Positions 48,487 through 60,294 of a stretch of DNA of 64,000 nucleotides are shown piece after piece. Where the stretch lies: NCBI RefSeq assembly GCF_000315625.1, contig NW_005434532.1:33007-97006 (forward strand), given 5' to 3'. Below the pieces are notes generated by a model. The model had not been told where the DNA came from and did not search any database. It saw only the letters and a list, made by a program, of their open reading frames with translations. Numbering within the stretch: position 1 is the stretch's first letter; the number at the start of each line of letters is the position of its first letter. The position numbers were made by a program, and so were the translations under genes. This DNA is from Guillardia theta CCMP2712. Its lineage: Eukaryota; Protista; Cryptophyta.

Positions 48487-50658
48487 CTCTTCCTCCTCTT
48501 CCTCCTCTTCTTCTTCCTCCTCTTCTCCCCTCCCCCCCCCCTCACGTCTGCTCAGGTCACGCTGGGTGTTCTTCCTTTCATCGCCTGCCCACAAGGCGAT
48601 GCCGCAGGGATGGTGGGAGAAGCCCTCAACAAGAAGCTCTCGGAGCACGTGACCCCTCATGTGTGCTGCACGTGACCCGCACGTGACGTTGGACGGCAGG
48701 TCAGGAACACCAACAACCTCTTCAAGGATCACGCCTACAGCCCCAACGCGGTGAGAGGCCGAGGAGACGGAGATCTGAGTGACTTGTCCCGGCCCGCAGC
48801 ACTCTCGCCCCGTCCTCATCATCCTCGACCGCTCTCAAGACTTGTCGGTGAGTCGCCAGGCGGCAGCCCTGCAGCGCTGAGCTCGAGCATGGCGGCAGGT
48901 GAACCTGCAGCACGCGTGGACCTACGAGGCAATGCTGCATGACATTCTGGGGATGAAGCTCAACAAGGTGTCGGTACAGCCCTGCCCTCCTGCCGTCTTG
49001 TCACTTCTGCTCGTTCCAGGTGACGATCAACGAGCAAGTCGGAGATGGCAGTGGAAGAAAGAAGGTAGCAGCGCATGTTCCAGCTCGAGCTTTTGAGTTG
49101 ACGTCGTCGCTTCCAAGTCTTCGGTCTACGACCTCAGCGTTCAGGACGCGTTCTGGGTGGACAACAGCGGGAAGGTGACGGAGGAGGAGCGGAGAAGTCG
49201 ATCCTGACTTGTGGCCCTCAGCCCTTCCCCAGCGTCACTGATGACATCGAGGACAAGCTGAATACCTGGAAGAGTGAATATGATGCGATAGGCGCGCAGG
49301 GGGTTCGTCCTCCTCCTTCTCCTGATCCTCCTCCTTCTCCTCTTCCTCCTCCTCCTCTTCCTCCTTTCCCTTCTCCTTCTTCTTTTCCTTCTCTTGATCT
49401 TCCCCTTCGTCGCCTTTTCCTCCTCAAGTTCTACCTGCTACTCAATCTCCCGTCCTCGCCCCCGCTCCGTCTCCTCTCGTCGTCTCCATCCTCGCCAACA
49501 TCGACGTTGTCTTCCTCGCTCCCTCTCTCCCTGCCCTTTCCGTCCTCGTGGTGACCGATCTCTCAGAACGTTGTCTCGGACATGCCGCAAGGAGGAGGGA
49601 TCGACGCTCTGACCCGAGCGGCGCAGCTGGTGCCAGAGCTGACGGAGAGGAAGAGGCTGCTGGACATGCACACAAACATCTGTACGTCGCTGCTCAACGA
49701 GATAAAGGCGAGCGCCTTTCTCAGCTCGGCTGCCAGCTGAAGTCTCTGCAGGAGAGGGAGCTCGACAACTTCTTCTCGCTCGAGTCTGCGATCGTCTCCG
49801 GCTCAGTCTACAACGCCAAGTCAGCGCTGATGCAGGCAAGGAGGGAGGAGGAGGAGCTGAGAGGAGCTGAAGAAGAGGAGCAGGTGTTTGGTCCAGACGC
49901 TCTGGGGAGCCCGGAGGACAAGCTGAGGCTCTTTGTCATTTACTATCTATGCAACCCTTCCTTGTCCGAAGCTGACGTGGCCGAGTGAGTGGGAGATCCC
50001 ATCGTCCCTTTTGCTTCCCTTTCCCTTCTCCTCCTTTCTCCTCCGCTTCCACTTTCTTGTTGTTCCTTTCCCTTCTCCGCCCCCTTGCTCCTCCTCTTCC
50101 TTCCCTCCCCCGCCTCATCCACCTCGTTCTTGTTCTTTCCTGGCTCCCCTTCATGTTGCCGTACTTCTCTTCTTGCTCTATCCTCAGCTCCACACCCGTT
50201 CTGTGGTCCTCCCCTCCTCGTCCCTCGTCTCAAGGATCTGAGCGTGACGAGTCCACTGGCAGGTATGAGGGCGCTCTTTCCAAGCTTGGCGTCGACATGT
50301 CACTGTCAAGCTATCTCAAGGTCTTCCTTCCCCAGCTGTAACTCGAACTGATGAAGGAGCCGCAGTACCTCAAGAAGATGAAAGCGTTGAGCTCTCGAGC
50401 AATCTCCATGGCGAAAGGATCAGCGGGAGGAGGAGGCGGCAGCTTGTCGCTCACGGTCAGGCTCGTTCTGTCCCTGCCCAAGCTGACAGTCAGCAGGACA
50501 TCATGTCCCAGTTCAAGGCGGGGACAGAGACTGCGACTGGATTGCTGAAATCGGTGGCCGCATCAGTCGGGTAATGCAAGACACCTCATCATGTTGTCAT
50601 CGTCATCATCTCCATCATCTCCATTATCATCATCGTCATCATCATCATCATCATCATC

Positions 50659-50717
<59 letters not shown>

Positions 50718-50721
50718 CGAC

Positions 50722-50806
<85 letters not shown>

Positions 50807-51712
50807 TCTCCTAGTACTTCAACTGCTGCTGCTCTGCTCAACTCCCTATTTTTTGTTTTATCCTACTTCATCTCCGCTCCCTTCCTCCTTCTCATCTCAT
50901 CCAGCTCCTCTTTCATCACCTCCTACTCCTCCCACTCCTTGATTTCCAGCAGTAACCCTTCCTTCTTCGCCTTCATACCTCCCTCCCCCTCTCACCCATT
51001 CGCCTCCTCCTCCTGACTCGTCTGGCTGGACGCAGCGGCAAGAAAGATCTCCCCGTCACGCGCCTCGTGGACTCCATCATGGAGAATCGAGTAGGAAGTG
51101 AAGCGGAGAACTTCATGCTGCTGGACCCCAACATTCAGGTTAATCTCCTGCTCCTCATCCACCTTCTCCACCACCACCACCTTCTTCTCCTTCTCCTTCT
51201 CCTTCTCCTTCTCCTTCTCCTTCTCCTTCTCCTTCTCCTTCTCCTTCTCCTTCTCCTTCTCCTTCTCCTTCTCCTTCTCCTTCTCCCTCTCCCTCCATCT
51301 CCTCTGCCTCCTGCTTTATCACTGACAGCAAGTAGCACAAGAGCGCTCAGATGTCGTCCAACGCTACAAGGAAGCCTTTCCGGGAGGCTATCGTCTTCAT
51401 GGTGAGAACTGATGTGCTTGGATAGGGAGGGAGGGAGGGAGGGAGGGAGGGAGGGAGGGAGGGAGGGAGGGAGGGAGGATTTGACTGTCGGGCAGGTTGG
51501 CAGCGGGAACTACATCGAGTATCAAGACCTGCAAGACTACGCGAGGAGGGGAGGGGCAGGTGTGGGGGTCAAGAACGTGGTCTACGGGAGCACAGAGCTC
51601 GTGACGGTTGTTGCTTGTGTTTGCAGACCTTCAAGACTGACGGGACCAACAGGCGTCAGAATTCCTGCAGCAGCTGAACGCGTTAGGAAAGAAGAAGTTC
51701 AGCAGCATCTGA
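46984..51712 (+). CDS. SLY1: Sec1/Munc18-family protein SLY1 (SCFD1), many exons
   Basis: MNFR|NKQI|DCFERMLNFN, WKILIYD, LRRHGVTLHL, AIYLVEPS, HAWTYEAMLHDIL, PELTERKRLLDMHTNI, EDKLRLF, LPVTRLVDSIM, VGSGNYIEYQDL and YGSTEL. Confidence 0.95.
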
Positions 51713-52241
51713 GGAGAGAAGGGAAGGGGGGGGGGAAGGGAGGGGGGAGGGGGAAGGAATTTTATTGATGAATATGAGGCACAGAAAAGCTGTACGAGGG
51801 ATTGATAGCACGAGGAAAAGAGAGGAAGAGAAAAGGAAGTGAAGTATGAGGCGTTGAGATGTCTCCTGCACTTCTTGTCAAGATCATGCCCATGTTCACT
51901 CGTGCGTTTATCAAGAATTTCCTCAGCTAAGTCATTCTGATTGCTGCAGAGAGCAATCGTTGTCGGTGCTGAACCTTCCCTAAGGCCTTGAGATACGTGC
52001 ACATCGACCTCATGGAGGCAAACTCCAACATGCTCCTCCTCTCTCAATCCGGTGCTGCAGGCAGGCAGCGAAGGCAAAACCGAAGGCCAAGAAAACAAGT
52101 GCATCGATGATGAGAAAAACCTTCAAGACGATAGCACCCTCACAAACAACTGCCGAGCTTGCTCCCTCTCTCCTCAACGCGATTCACTCATTTGCATCCG
52201 GGGCGTTAAGACATCACAACCACTGCAGCTCCAACCGAGTG

Positions 52242-53252
52242 TCAGTTTGAAGGAGACACCGTTAGGTTGAGCTTGTCGATCTTCTTCCAGATCTTGCAGA
52301 TGTGGTAGTGGTTGTTGACCAGGCACGCCAGGTCTGCCCCGATGATGCTGTAGAAAGGCTTCGCGATCGTGTGATGGAAGATCACGATGGAGCCAAGCTC
52401 GGTCGCATCCCACAAGCTCTGATTCCTTAGAGCCACGACCGCGTTGTAGTTGTACACGTCCGGCAGGAGCATCGATCTGTGCTCGAAGTACTTGTTCAGG
52501 AAGCCTTGCTCCGACATCTTGGCATCAAACTCCAGCGTGGTGATGCTTGCGATGAGGTCGACAAACAGCCGCCTGTCCGGAATCACCAGCATCATCCCCG
52601 CGTTCGCCGACGATCCTTTGAACACGCTGTAGGGCTGGTCATGCACCCACCCCAGGTTGAGCTTCCTGGCCTTGAGCTCGGGTACATAGCGGTCGAAGAG
52701 CGGCATCATGTCTCCCAGCACCGACATGTCTGAGTCCAGGAACAACACCGCCTTGTACTGCGTCGCGTTGAACACGTGCAGCTTCGTGAAGAGAGGGATG
52801 AAGCGAGGAGAGTCGACCTTGGCTATCATGCTCTCCGGCATCTTGATCTCGGGTACCAGCACGAGCTTCCATCCCACCTCCTTCATCCTCTGCAGGTCTG
52901 CCTGGAACGAGGGCTCTCTCGCTACCTCGTCGATCACCAGCGAGATGGTCTCGACGCGGCAGCTGTCAAGCTTCCCGAACAAGGTGATGCTCTTCCTCAG
53001 CGTGGTCGCTCCTCTCGGGTAGTCCGGATCTGTGCTGGATATGATGGTGAAGACAGCGTACTCGCGGGTCGAGTTGCACCGTGGGGCGCCCTTGAGCTTC
53101 TGCTCGTACTCGCTGAGCATCCTCGTGACGAGGAGGTCGGAGAAGGACTGGTCCGAGGAGACCAGGTTGGAGACGATCTCGAAGACCGTGACAGCGAGCA
53201 CGCAGAAGCAAGTGAGCTTGTTGAGACAGGCCATGTTAAGTCCTATCGCCAT
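52242..53252 (-). CDS. Glycosyltransferase family 8 (glycogenin-like), copy 1, apparently intronless
   Basis: N-terminal TM, FTKLHVF, VLFLDSD (DxD), NAGMMLV.P, EQGFLN, YN and HHTIAKPF. Confidence 0.9.
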   Translation of the reverse strand: MAIGLNMACLNKLTCFCVLAVTVFEIVSNLVSSDQSFSDLLVTRMLSEYEQKLKGAPRCNSTREYAVFTIISSTDPDYPRGATTLRKSITLFGKLDSCRVETISLVIDEVAREPSFQADLQRMKEVGWKLVLVPEIKMPESMIAKVDSPRFIPLFTKLHVFNATQYKAVLFLDSDMSVLGDMMPLFDRYVPELKARKLNLGWVHDQPYSVFKGSSANAGMMLVIPDRRLFVDLIASITTLEFDAKMSEQGFLNKYFEHRSMLLPDVYNYNAVVALRNQSLWDATELGSIVIFHHTIAKPFYSIIGADLACLVNNHYHICKIWKKIDKLNLTVSPSN

Positions 53253-54302
53253 TGATGTAGCGATATCAAGTCTCAGGGAGCTTGGTTTGAACAAAAACCT
53301 GTAGGATCTCGTTCAAGAGGCAGGTTGTTAGCGGGATTGACAAGGTCAAGGGCGGAGAAGAGAGGAGAGGAGGAGGGTATCTCAGGAGCACAGCCTCTCA
53401 ATGCTCGCCTAGCTCTTCTCTTCTCTCTTGTCTTCTTCCCCCTCTTCCCGCTGCCCGTCCCATGCACATGGGCGTCAGCAACACAGGCCGGGCCTGGGTA
53501 GGGCCTGACACGCTTCAATTTTAGAGTACGCCAATTAGAGTACGACTGTAATTAAAGGACGCATATGCAGTTTGGAAGGATGGGCCTGCAGAGCTTGAGG
53601 CATTCAAGAACATACCAAGTGAAGAGATTTTAATCTACACACGTCTACCACATAGCGTGTCAAAGAGTCACACGTTTATACTCGTTCACACACGTTTAGG
53701 TATTGGTATGTCGAGCCCCATCAAAGGTACATGTAATTCATTCAAGGCACTGAGGAGTCTGTCTCGCACGAGTGACATGCGCCTCTACTGTAATCAAACC
53801 CAGGGGGGCTGATATGACCGTCAGCGCTTGAATGTGCCTGTCGTATTGAGGATGGACATCAGTCTTCGTCGGAACGCAGTGTCGGCAAGCATTAGTCGGC
53901 AAACAGTGCCAAGAATAGATTTGTCCAGGCATATGAGGACAAACAAGAGATGTGCGCTTGTCCAGTCATATCTCGATGCTCCACAGAGGCAGGTCGTCCA
54001 CAGAGGCAGGGCGTTGCAAATTCCCATGTCTGTCGATGGATTTGCCATGAACTTGCTCTCTGTAGAGGTAGTCTCTATGTGCAGCGATGTTGGGCTTCAA
54101 AGCGCCTAAGGAATCGATTGAAGGCCTAGAGATCTCGTGGTCGAGTTGGAACGTGTGGGAAATAGCGCTAGTGCCAGGTTGATTCTTGTTCGTTCCGCCA
54201 GCTTCCATGGTCAGGATGGTTGGATGGTTACAGATAACAGTCATGTTGTTGTCTTCCTGACAACAACGTGCTCAATGAAGTTGAGGGTACTTTCGAGCAC
54301 TT

Positions 54303-54381
54303 TGCACGATGAGACTGTGGAGGAGACAGGAGGAGAAGCTGATGCACGATGAGACTGTGGAGGAGACAGGAGGAGAAGCTG
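54303..54381. repeat. 40-bp tandem duplication
   Basis: tgcacgatgagactgtggaggagacaggaggagaagctg occurs twice. Confidence 0.9.
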
Positions 54382-55678
54382 TCGATAAGGAGGAGCTCGC
54401 CCAAGAGAGTGAGGGGGTGAGGCTCAGCAATAGAGGCAACTTACGCTCCTCTCTGGACCGAAAGGACTTCTTTTCGCAGCTACTTTGAGATTGACCTACC
54501 CCCACCCTTGGTCTGACCAGCAGAAAGCTCCACCCCTGCCGGTAGGAAGCTCAGAAGCAAACTTGTTTACTACTGCTGGTCCGGTCAGCAAAGAGAGAGG
54601 GTACCGGAGTACCTGCAGTCTTTACTCAAGATTAAGTAAAGATCTTATTGGACAGCATAGGAAGTGTCGTGATGATAAGCAAGGCGTCGATCCGATAGTC
54701 TCAGCACATGTAGCGTAAGACAGCACGGAAAGTCAATTGCTCAACACGCTACTAGTCTACAGACAAGAGGCCCGTAAACCTGCCAAGCACTCAAGCCTGT
54801 CACATTGATGTTTTTGGAGCTTGATAGCAGTACCTACATTGAGAATCCGCCCGCTGAGTTGAGTTGACTACACGGCCCCGTATCAAATCTTGAATCACTA
54901 AGCCACTTGCCTTCTGGTTAGAAATCGGAAGGGCTAGAAGAGAAGATTGAAAGGACAGTAGGAACGCGTTGAAATCGTTGCGATTTGGAATGAAATACCA
55001 TTCTAGTATGAACTTTATGGACAAAATCATCTCTTTTGAAGAGATACGAAGACAATAGAGTAATCACTGACTCAACTACCTTCACAGTTCTTGTGCACAA
55101 ACAACATACCTCGTCTCGTTCTGTCTATTGACTGTTTTGCAGACTGATCTACCTTGCACATGGGAATCAGAGGTACAAATCAGTTCCCAGCGCCAGCCTT
55201 TACTCAGATGATCTCCTGCGGTCTAGAGTTTGAGCTCCTCTCCCGTTGCAGCAAGCACGACAGGTCGCTTGGCATTGCTCAGCAGCTCGATGCAATGTGC
55301 AAGAGCTCTCAGCTGCCTCGTCTTGTACTCTGGCAGCGACAGCTTCTCGTCATGGATCTCCTGATCATAGTCTTTTGTCCGATCTGCGCATGTCTTGCCA
55401 TGTCTTGCCGGCGTTAGAGAGGTAACGGAATGGAGCCCAAAGCAGTCTCCGTCCTCATCGCCTGGGATCTCACTCCTAAGGTCCGAGAAGCAGAGCTGCT
55501 CGAATGACAGCTCGCAGAGCATGGCAGCGCCAGAGCACCGAGGACGTATCTTGTGAAAGTGTTAGGGAGCAGGAGGGGAGGGGGGATAGAGGGGGGTTCT
55601 GCAGAGATGCGACTCCGGGGACGGTACTAGGCTACGTGAGCCTCCCCGTCATGCCGCCGCAATTGCCGCACTAGCAGC

Positions 55679-55786
55679 GATGGAAACTCAGCAGACGACT
55701 GACAGTGATGGACTCTCAGCAGACGACTGACAGTGATGGACTCTCAGCAGACGACTGACAGTGATGGACTCTCAGCAGACGACTGA
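55679..55786. repeat. 28-bp minisatellite, ~4 copies
   Basis: Unit gatggactctcagcagacgactgacagt. Confidence 0.95.
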
Positions 55787-56155
55787 TCGGACAGTGAATG
55801 TCCCGGTTGAATGTCATCAAGTTATTCAGAGATCAAACCATCGTACCTTCACTGAGGCAAACCTAGGCTAGCCATGCTGACCCTTAGCAGCCCTCAGCCT
55901 AGCCATGCTGACTCGGCGTTACTTGTTGTACGTCTCCCACAGCTACCTGGGTACAACTTGGCAAGCTTGACTTCAACCCTGCTGCTCGTTCCAAGGCAGA
56001 TACGTACTCTACTTGTACTTCGTTTTTGAACAATTTCGGTGCGGCCATCGATCAACTGATGTCAAACTGAGGTGGAGGATCGAGCGAGTTGAGAACGGGA
56101 ATGATCGGCGCAGGACCTGAGATGGCTCGTCATCATCCCACCTCGCCAGCTGAGC

Positions 56156-56595
56156 GGTTTGTATATTACACTCAAACAGATGGAGGTTTGCATATTACAC
56201 TCAAACAAGATGGAGGTTTGTACATTACACTCAAACAAGGTGGAGGTTTGTACATTACACTCAAACAAGATGGAGGTTTGTACATTACACTCAAACAAGA
56301 TGGAGGTTTGTACATTACACTCAAACAAGGTGGAGGTTTGTATATTACACTCAAACAAGGTGGAGGTTTGTACATTACACTCAAACAAGGTGGAGGTTTG
56401 AATATTACACTCAAACAAGGTGGAGGTTTGTATATTACACTCAAACAAGGTGGAGGTTTGTACATTACACTCAAACAAGGTGGAGGTTTGAATATTGCAC
56501 TCAAACAAGGTGGAGGTTTGTACATTACACTCAAACAAGGTGGAGGTTTGTACATTGCACTCAAACAAGGTGGAGGGGTGTATATTACACTCAAA
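56156..56595. repeat. 30-bp minisatellite, ~14.5 copies
   Basis: Unit tacattacactcaaacaaggtggaggtttg with few variant positions and no spacers. Confidence 0.97.
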
Positions 56596-57459
56596 GATGA
56601 AGTAGACTAACTGAGAGTTGGGTAGATCGAGGATACCAGGGGACGTGCGCCCCTTTGAAGTTCCCTGTTGATGGGAAGCTGGAAGTCTGCAGCTAGTATT
56701 TGGTGCACGCTGCTGGGGTCTGAGAGTGATCCCATGCTGACGGCAGCCCGAGAGATTGCTCGTGCCTGCGCTTGAGGATGTCGATGATAAACATGTAGGC
56801 AGCGAGCACCTGGCAAGGAGTTTGAGCGAGCGAACGTACTTGCATTCCAAACTCACCATGATGCTCGATAAACCCCCGAGCAAGAAGGAGGCAAGAGAAC
56901 CTTGAAAGCCGCTAGTGCAGGAGTAAGTTTCAACATCACAACATGTCAGGAGCTTCACCTTCCATAGCCCTTTGTCTCGCTCTCATCCTGATTCAGCCTT
57001 GCAGGCTGATGTGGAAACATGTCGCCAAAGGAAGAGGAGGAACCAGCCGTCTTCCATCCTCTGAGCTGTTTGACTTCCTGCATGAAGGAAGAGACTTCTG
57101 ACAGACACTCGTGGGTCAAGTCTGCCAGGTTGACGCGGATGCAGTCACGAGCCTTGCGAAATTCGCCGATGGCAGCTGGACACTTGACTTTGAGGTCTTG
57201 ATCGCATGCAGAGTGCAAGGCAACGAGGCTGTGGGCGATGCTCTCGACCAGGTCCAGGCAGGGAGGCACAAGCTCAGCCGAGTGCTCGTCCATGCATGTC
57301 ACGATCTCCTCCACATCGTCCATGTCCGCGACTCTGAATGCACAGAAACGATGGAAATCAGCAAGACAAACCTGCGCACCAGCTTCAAGTGCTTCCCCAT
57401 TGGCATAAATGCCTGAATCAGCCCTAATCCACGCCGATGATCCCTCGGTAGGAACAAAT

Positions 57460-57629
57460 GAGTGAACGCCGGGATGGGATCCGTTGGGGCCGCCAGGGTG
57501 AGGGCCTGAGCCTGAGCCTGAGCCTGGACCCTGAGGGCCTTTGCCAAGAACGTGCTGCAGCGCAGATGCAAGCTCGGATGCATGGGAGTGTACGCCGGGA
57601 TGGGTACCGTTGGGGCCGCCAGGGTGAGG

Positions 57630-57664
<35 letters not shown>

Positions 57665-57893
57665 GACCCTGAGGGCCTTTGCCAAGAACGTGCTGCAGCG
57701 CAGATGCAAGCTCGGATGCATGGGAGTGTACGCCGGGATGGGTACCGTTGGGGCCGCCAGGGTGAGGGCCTGAGCCTGAGCCTGAGCCTGGACCCTGAGG
57801 GCCTTTGCCAAGAACGTGCTGCAGCGCAGATGCAAGCTCGGATGCTAGGGAGTGTACGCCGGGATGGGTACCGTTGGGGCCGCCAGGGTGAGG

Positions 57894-57940
<47 letters not shown>

Positions 57941-58043
57941 GACCCTGAGGGCCTTTGCCAAGAACGTGCTGCAGCGCAGATGCAAGCTCGGATGCTAGGG
58001 AGTGTACGCCGGGATGGGTACCGTTGGGGCCGCCAGGGTGAGG

Positions 58044-58096
<53 letters not shown>

Positions 58097-58199
58097 GACC
58101 CTGAGGGCCTTTGCCAAGAACGTGCTGCAGCGCCGATGCAAGCTCGGATGCATGGGAGTGTACGCCGGGATGGGTACCGTTGGGGCCGCCGGGGTGAGG

Positions 58200-58246
<47 letters not shown>

Positions 58247-58475
58247 GACCCTGAGGGCCTTTGCCAAGAACGTGCTGCAGCGCCGATGCAAGCTCGGATG
58301 CTAGGGAGTGTACGCCGGGATGGGTACCGTTGGGGCCGCCAGGGTGAGGGCCTGAGCCTGAGCCTGAGCCTGGACCCTGAGGGCCTTTGCCAAGAACGTG
58401 CTGCAGCGCAGATGCAAGCTCGGATGCATGGGAGTGTACGCCGGGATGGGTACCGTTGGGGCCGCCAGGGTGAGG

Positions 58476-58522
<47 letters not shown>

Positions 58523-58640
58523 GACCCTGAGGGCCTTTGCCAAGAACGTGCTGCAGCGCAGATGCAAGCTCGGATGCATGGGAGTGTACGCCGGGATGGG
58601 TACCGTTGGGGCCGCCGGGATGAGGGCCCTGAGGGCCTCC
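57460..58640. repeat. Compound minisatellite: ~8.5 units of 126-156 bp, each a constant part plus a variable (CCTGAG)n tract
   Basis: Successive unit spacings are 138, 126, 150, 156, 150, 126 and 150 bp. Confidence 0.97.
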
Positions 58641-58882
58641 ATGTGGACCAGGGTGAGGTGCAGGGATAGGGGTCGGCTTGTTTGGTCCTGGAGGAGTTTG
58701 AGGTTTGTCACAGAGTCCTGTTGTGACGATTGCAACTAGTATCGTTGCTTGAATGATCTATGTAGATTCTTAGTTAGTACATGTACACAATATTTGTCTG
58801 CTCAGTTTTGTTTCATTCCACACCTCAAGCAGACAACAAAGCTCTATTGCTCGGAGTCACTGTCTTACTTGGATCGATTCAC

Positions 58883-58999
58883 CATGTTGCTCACAGTGTA
58901 TCCTTCTCCTCCCTTACATGTTTCATGTTGCTCACAGCGTATCCTTCTCCTCCCTTACATGTTTCATGTTGCTCACAGCGTATCCTTCTCCTCCCTTAC
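58883..58999. repeat. 41-bp minisatellite, ~3 copies
   Basis: Unit catgttgctcacagcgtatccttctcctcccttacatgttt. Confidence 0.93.
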
Positions 59000-59029
59000 C
59001 TTGGATGCTTCGAGCATGGTGTTTGTGCG

Positions 59030-59990
59030 GCTTTGCTTCCCCCCACCTTTTATATTGCACGTCCGCAGGGTGGTCAGTTGCTTAGGGGTAGTCTTAGTTC
59101 CTTGTAAGGTACCATGTCCCCGTGAGACTAGTGATGCAATAGAAAAATGATGGTACTAGAGGGCACTAGTTCTCAGGTTTCGAGGAGGGACAGCATCTCA
59201 CTGGGGGTAGGGTGTGGCAATCGGGAAATGACCAATGTTTTTTACTCGAAAAGACGTCTTTTCGATTTTTACTGCATTTGTTGCCAGAGGAAACAGAGGA
59301 AGCGAAGCCTCTGCTCCCGACAATGGAGGCGACTGAGCTGACGGTGAGCACGATGACCGATGACTGACCGGCGACCCGGCGGCGGTCATCGGTGGCATGC
59401 CAGGGGCCGGGGTGGGAGGGCGGTGCCATGGCAGCCTGGGCTACCGTGCCGCCGTCGGAGTGCGCGGCGGCGGCACTGCCGGCTGTCCGAGTGGCACTGA
59501 GCGGGCTGCCGGCCGGGCCGCGCACGGGGACTCAGCGGCGGCCGTCGCGGCGTCCATATGACCGTTCGCGGATACTGCCGGTAGCGGCGGCTCGGGCCCC
59601 CGCCGGGGCCCGGCTGGGCGGCCGGGCCCGGGGCCGCCCGGCCGCAGAGGCCGGCTCAGGCTATCACCGCGCCATTGCTCAACTTTTGGCAAAGTTAAGT
59701 TAAAAATCAGTACGAGGACAATCAGGAGTGTCGCCGAGGAGGCCTGCGGACTCACTGTCCGATACGGTCGGCCCACCTCAGGGCCTCGTAGCCTGGCAAG
59801 CACCGGGCAGGCCGCCGCCAGGCCATCTGCCGGTGCTACGGTGCTACGGTGACGGTGAGTCACTGAGTCTGAGTGCGTGTGACTGTCTCAGTCTGCAGCC
59901 TCCGCATGACGGGACCGACGGCTTACTGCGGCCGCAAGCCGCATGCACTCACTGACTCAGTAAGTTGACCGGGGCCCGACGCCAGGTTGC
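59030..59990. repeat. Two-part intergenic element: short GGGGTA tract, 20-bp palindrome, then a GC-rich block carrying the shared core
   Basis: Core 59676-59728 is a reverse-strand homologue of 24605-24655. Confidence 0.65.
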
Positions 59991-60294
59991 AACCCAATCA
60001 CATTGAATACTATGCCATGATATGGCACGAGCAGCGTCAGCTATTGAGCTATCAACTTGTGACAACAAAGACTGTTCAACTTGAAGGAAGAGACATCCAT
60101 TCTTAGTTGTATAGAAGTCGCGAACCGGTAAAACAAAATCACACTGTTTGAAATAATCCAAAAGGTCATGTTAAATATTTTGAATTCGGAAGTTTCCATG
60201 AAAAATGATCAGCACTGTCATGCCTGGTTAACAAGCAGGTTGTACAACAAAATCTCTGAGCGGAACACTCAAGCTTCGCAGAATAGTCTGACTG

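Larger units (their letters stand above)
56062..58735 (-). pseudogene. Repeat-expanded multi-exon gene or pseudogene of unknown function
   Basis: ORFs 57299-57835, 56955-57323 and 56062-56958 join in frame through GT-AG introns (..LKLVR|RVADMDDVEE.. and ..KGYG|SGFQGSL..). Three in-frame TAGs lie within the upstream repeat array. Confidence 0.45.

Noticed and set aside
52010-52170. Possible extra TM exon (VFLIIDALVFLAFGFAFAACL, minus strand) downstream of GT8 copy 1
   Set aside because: I could not find a convincing in-frame splice path and saw no counterpart after copy 2.
53738-55522. Fragmentary minus-strand ORFs that may form a gene
   Set aside because: No recognisable motif or consistent exon chain could be built.
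56156-56595. CRISPR-like array of 30-bp repeats
   Set aside because: Repeats abut with no unique spacers, there are no cas genes, and the context is eukaryotic.
57458-58669. 403-aa plus-strand ORF
   Set aside because: It is coextensive with the repeat array, and the flanking splice evidence favours the minus strand.
53300-60290. LTR retrotransposon bounded by 1-kb direct repeats
   Set aside because: The direct repeats are GT8 coding sequences, and no RT, integrase, gag, PBS or TG..CA ends were seen.
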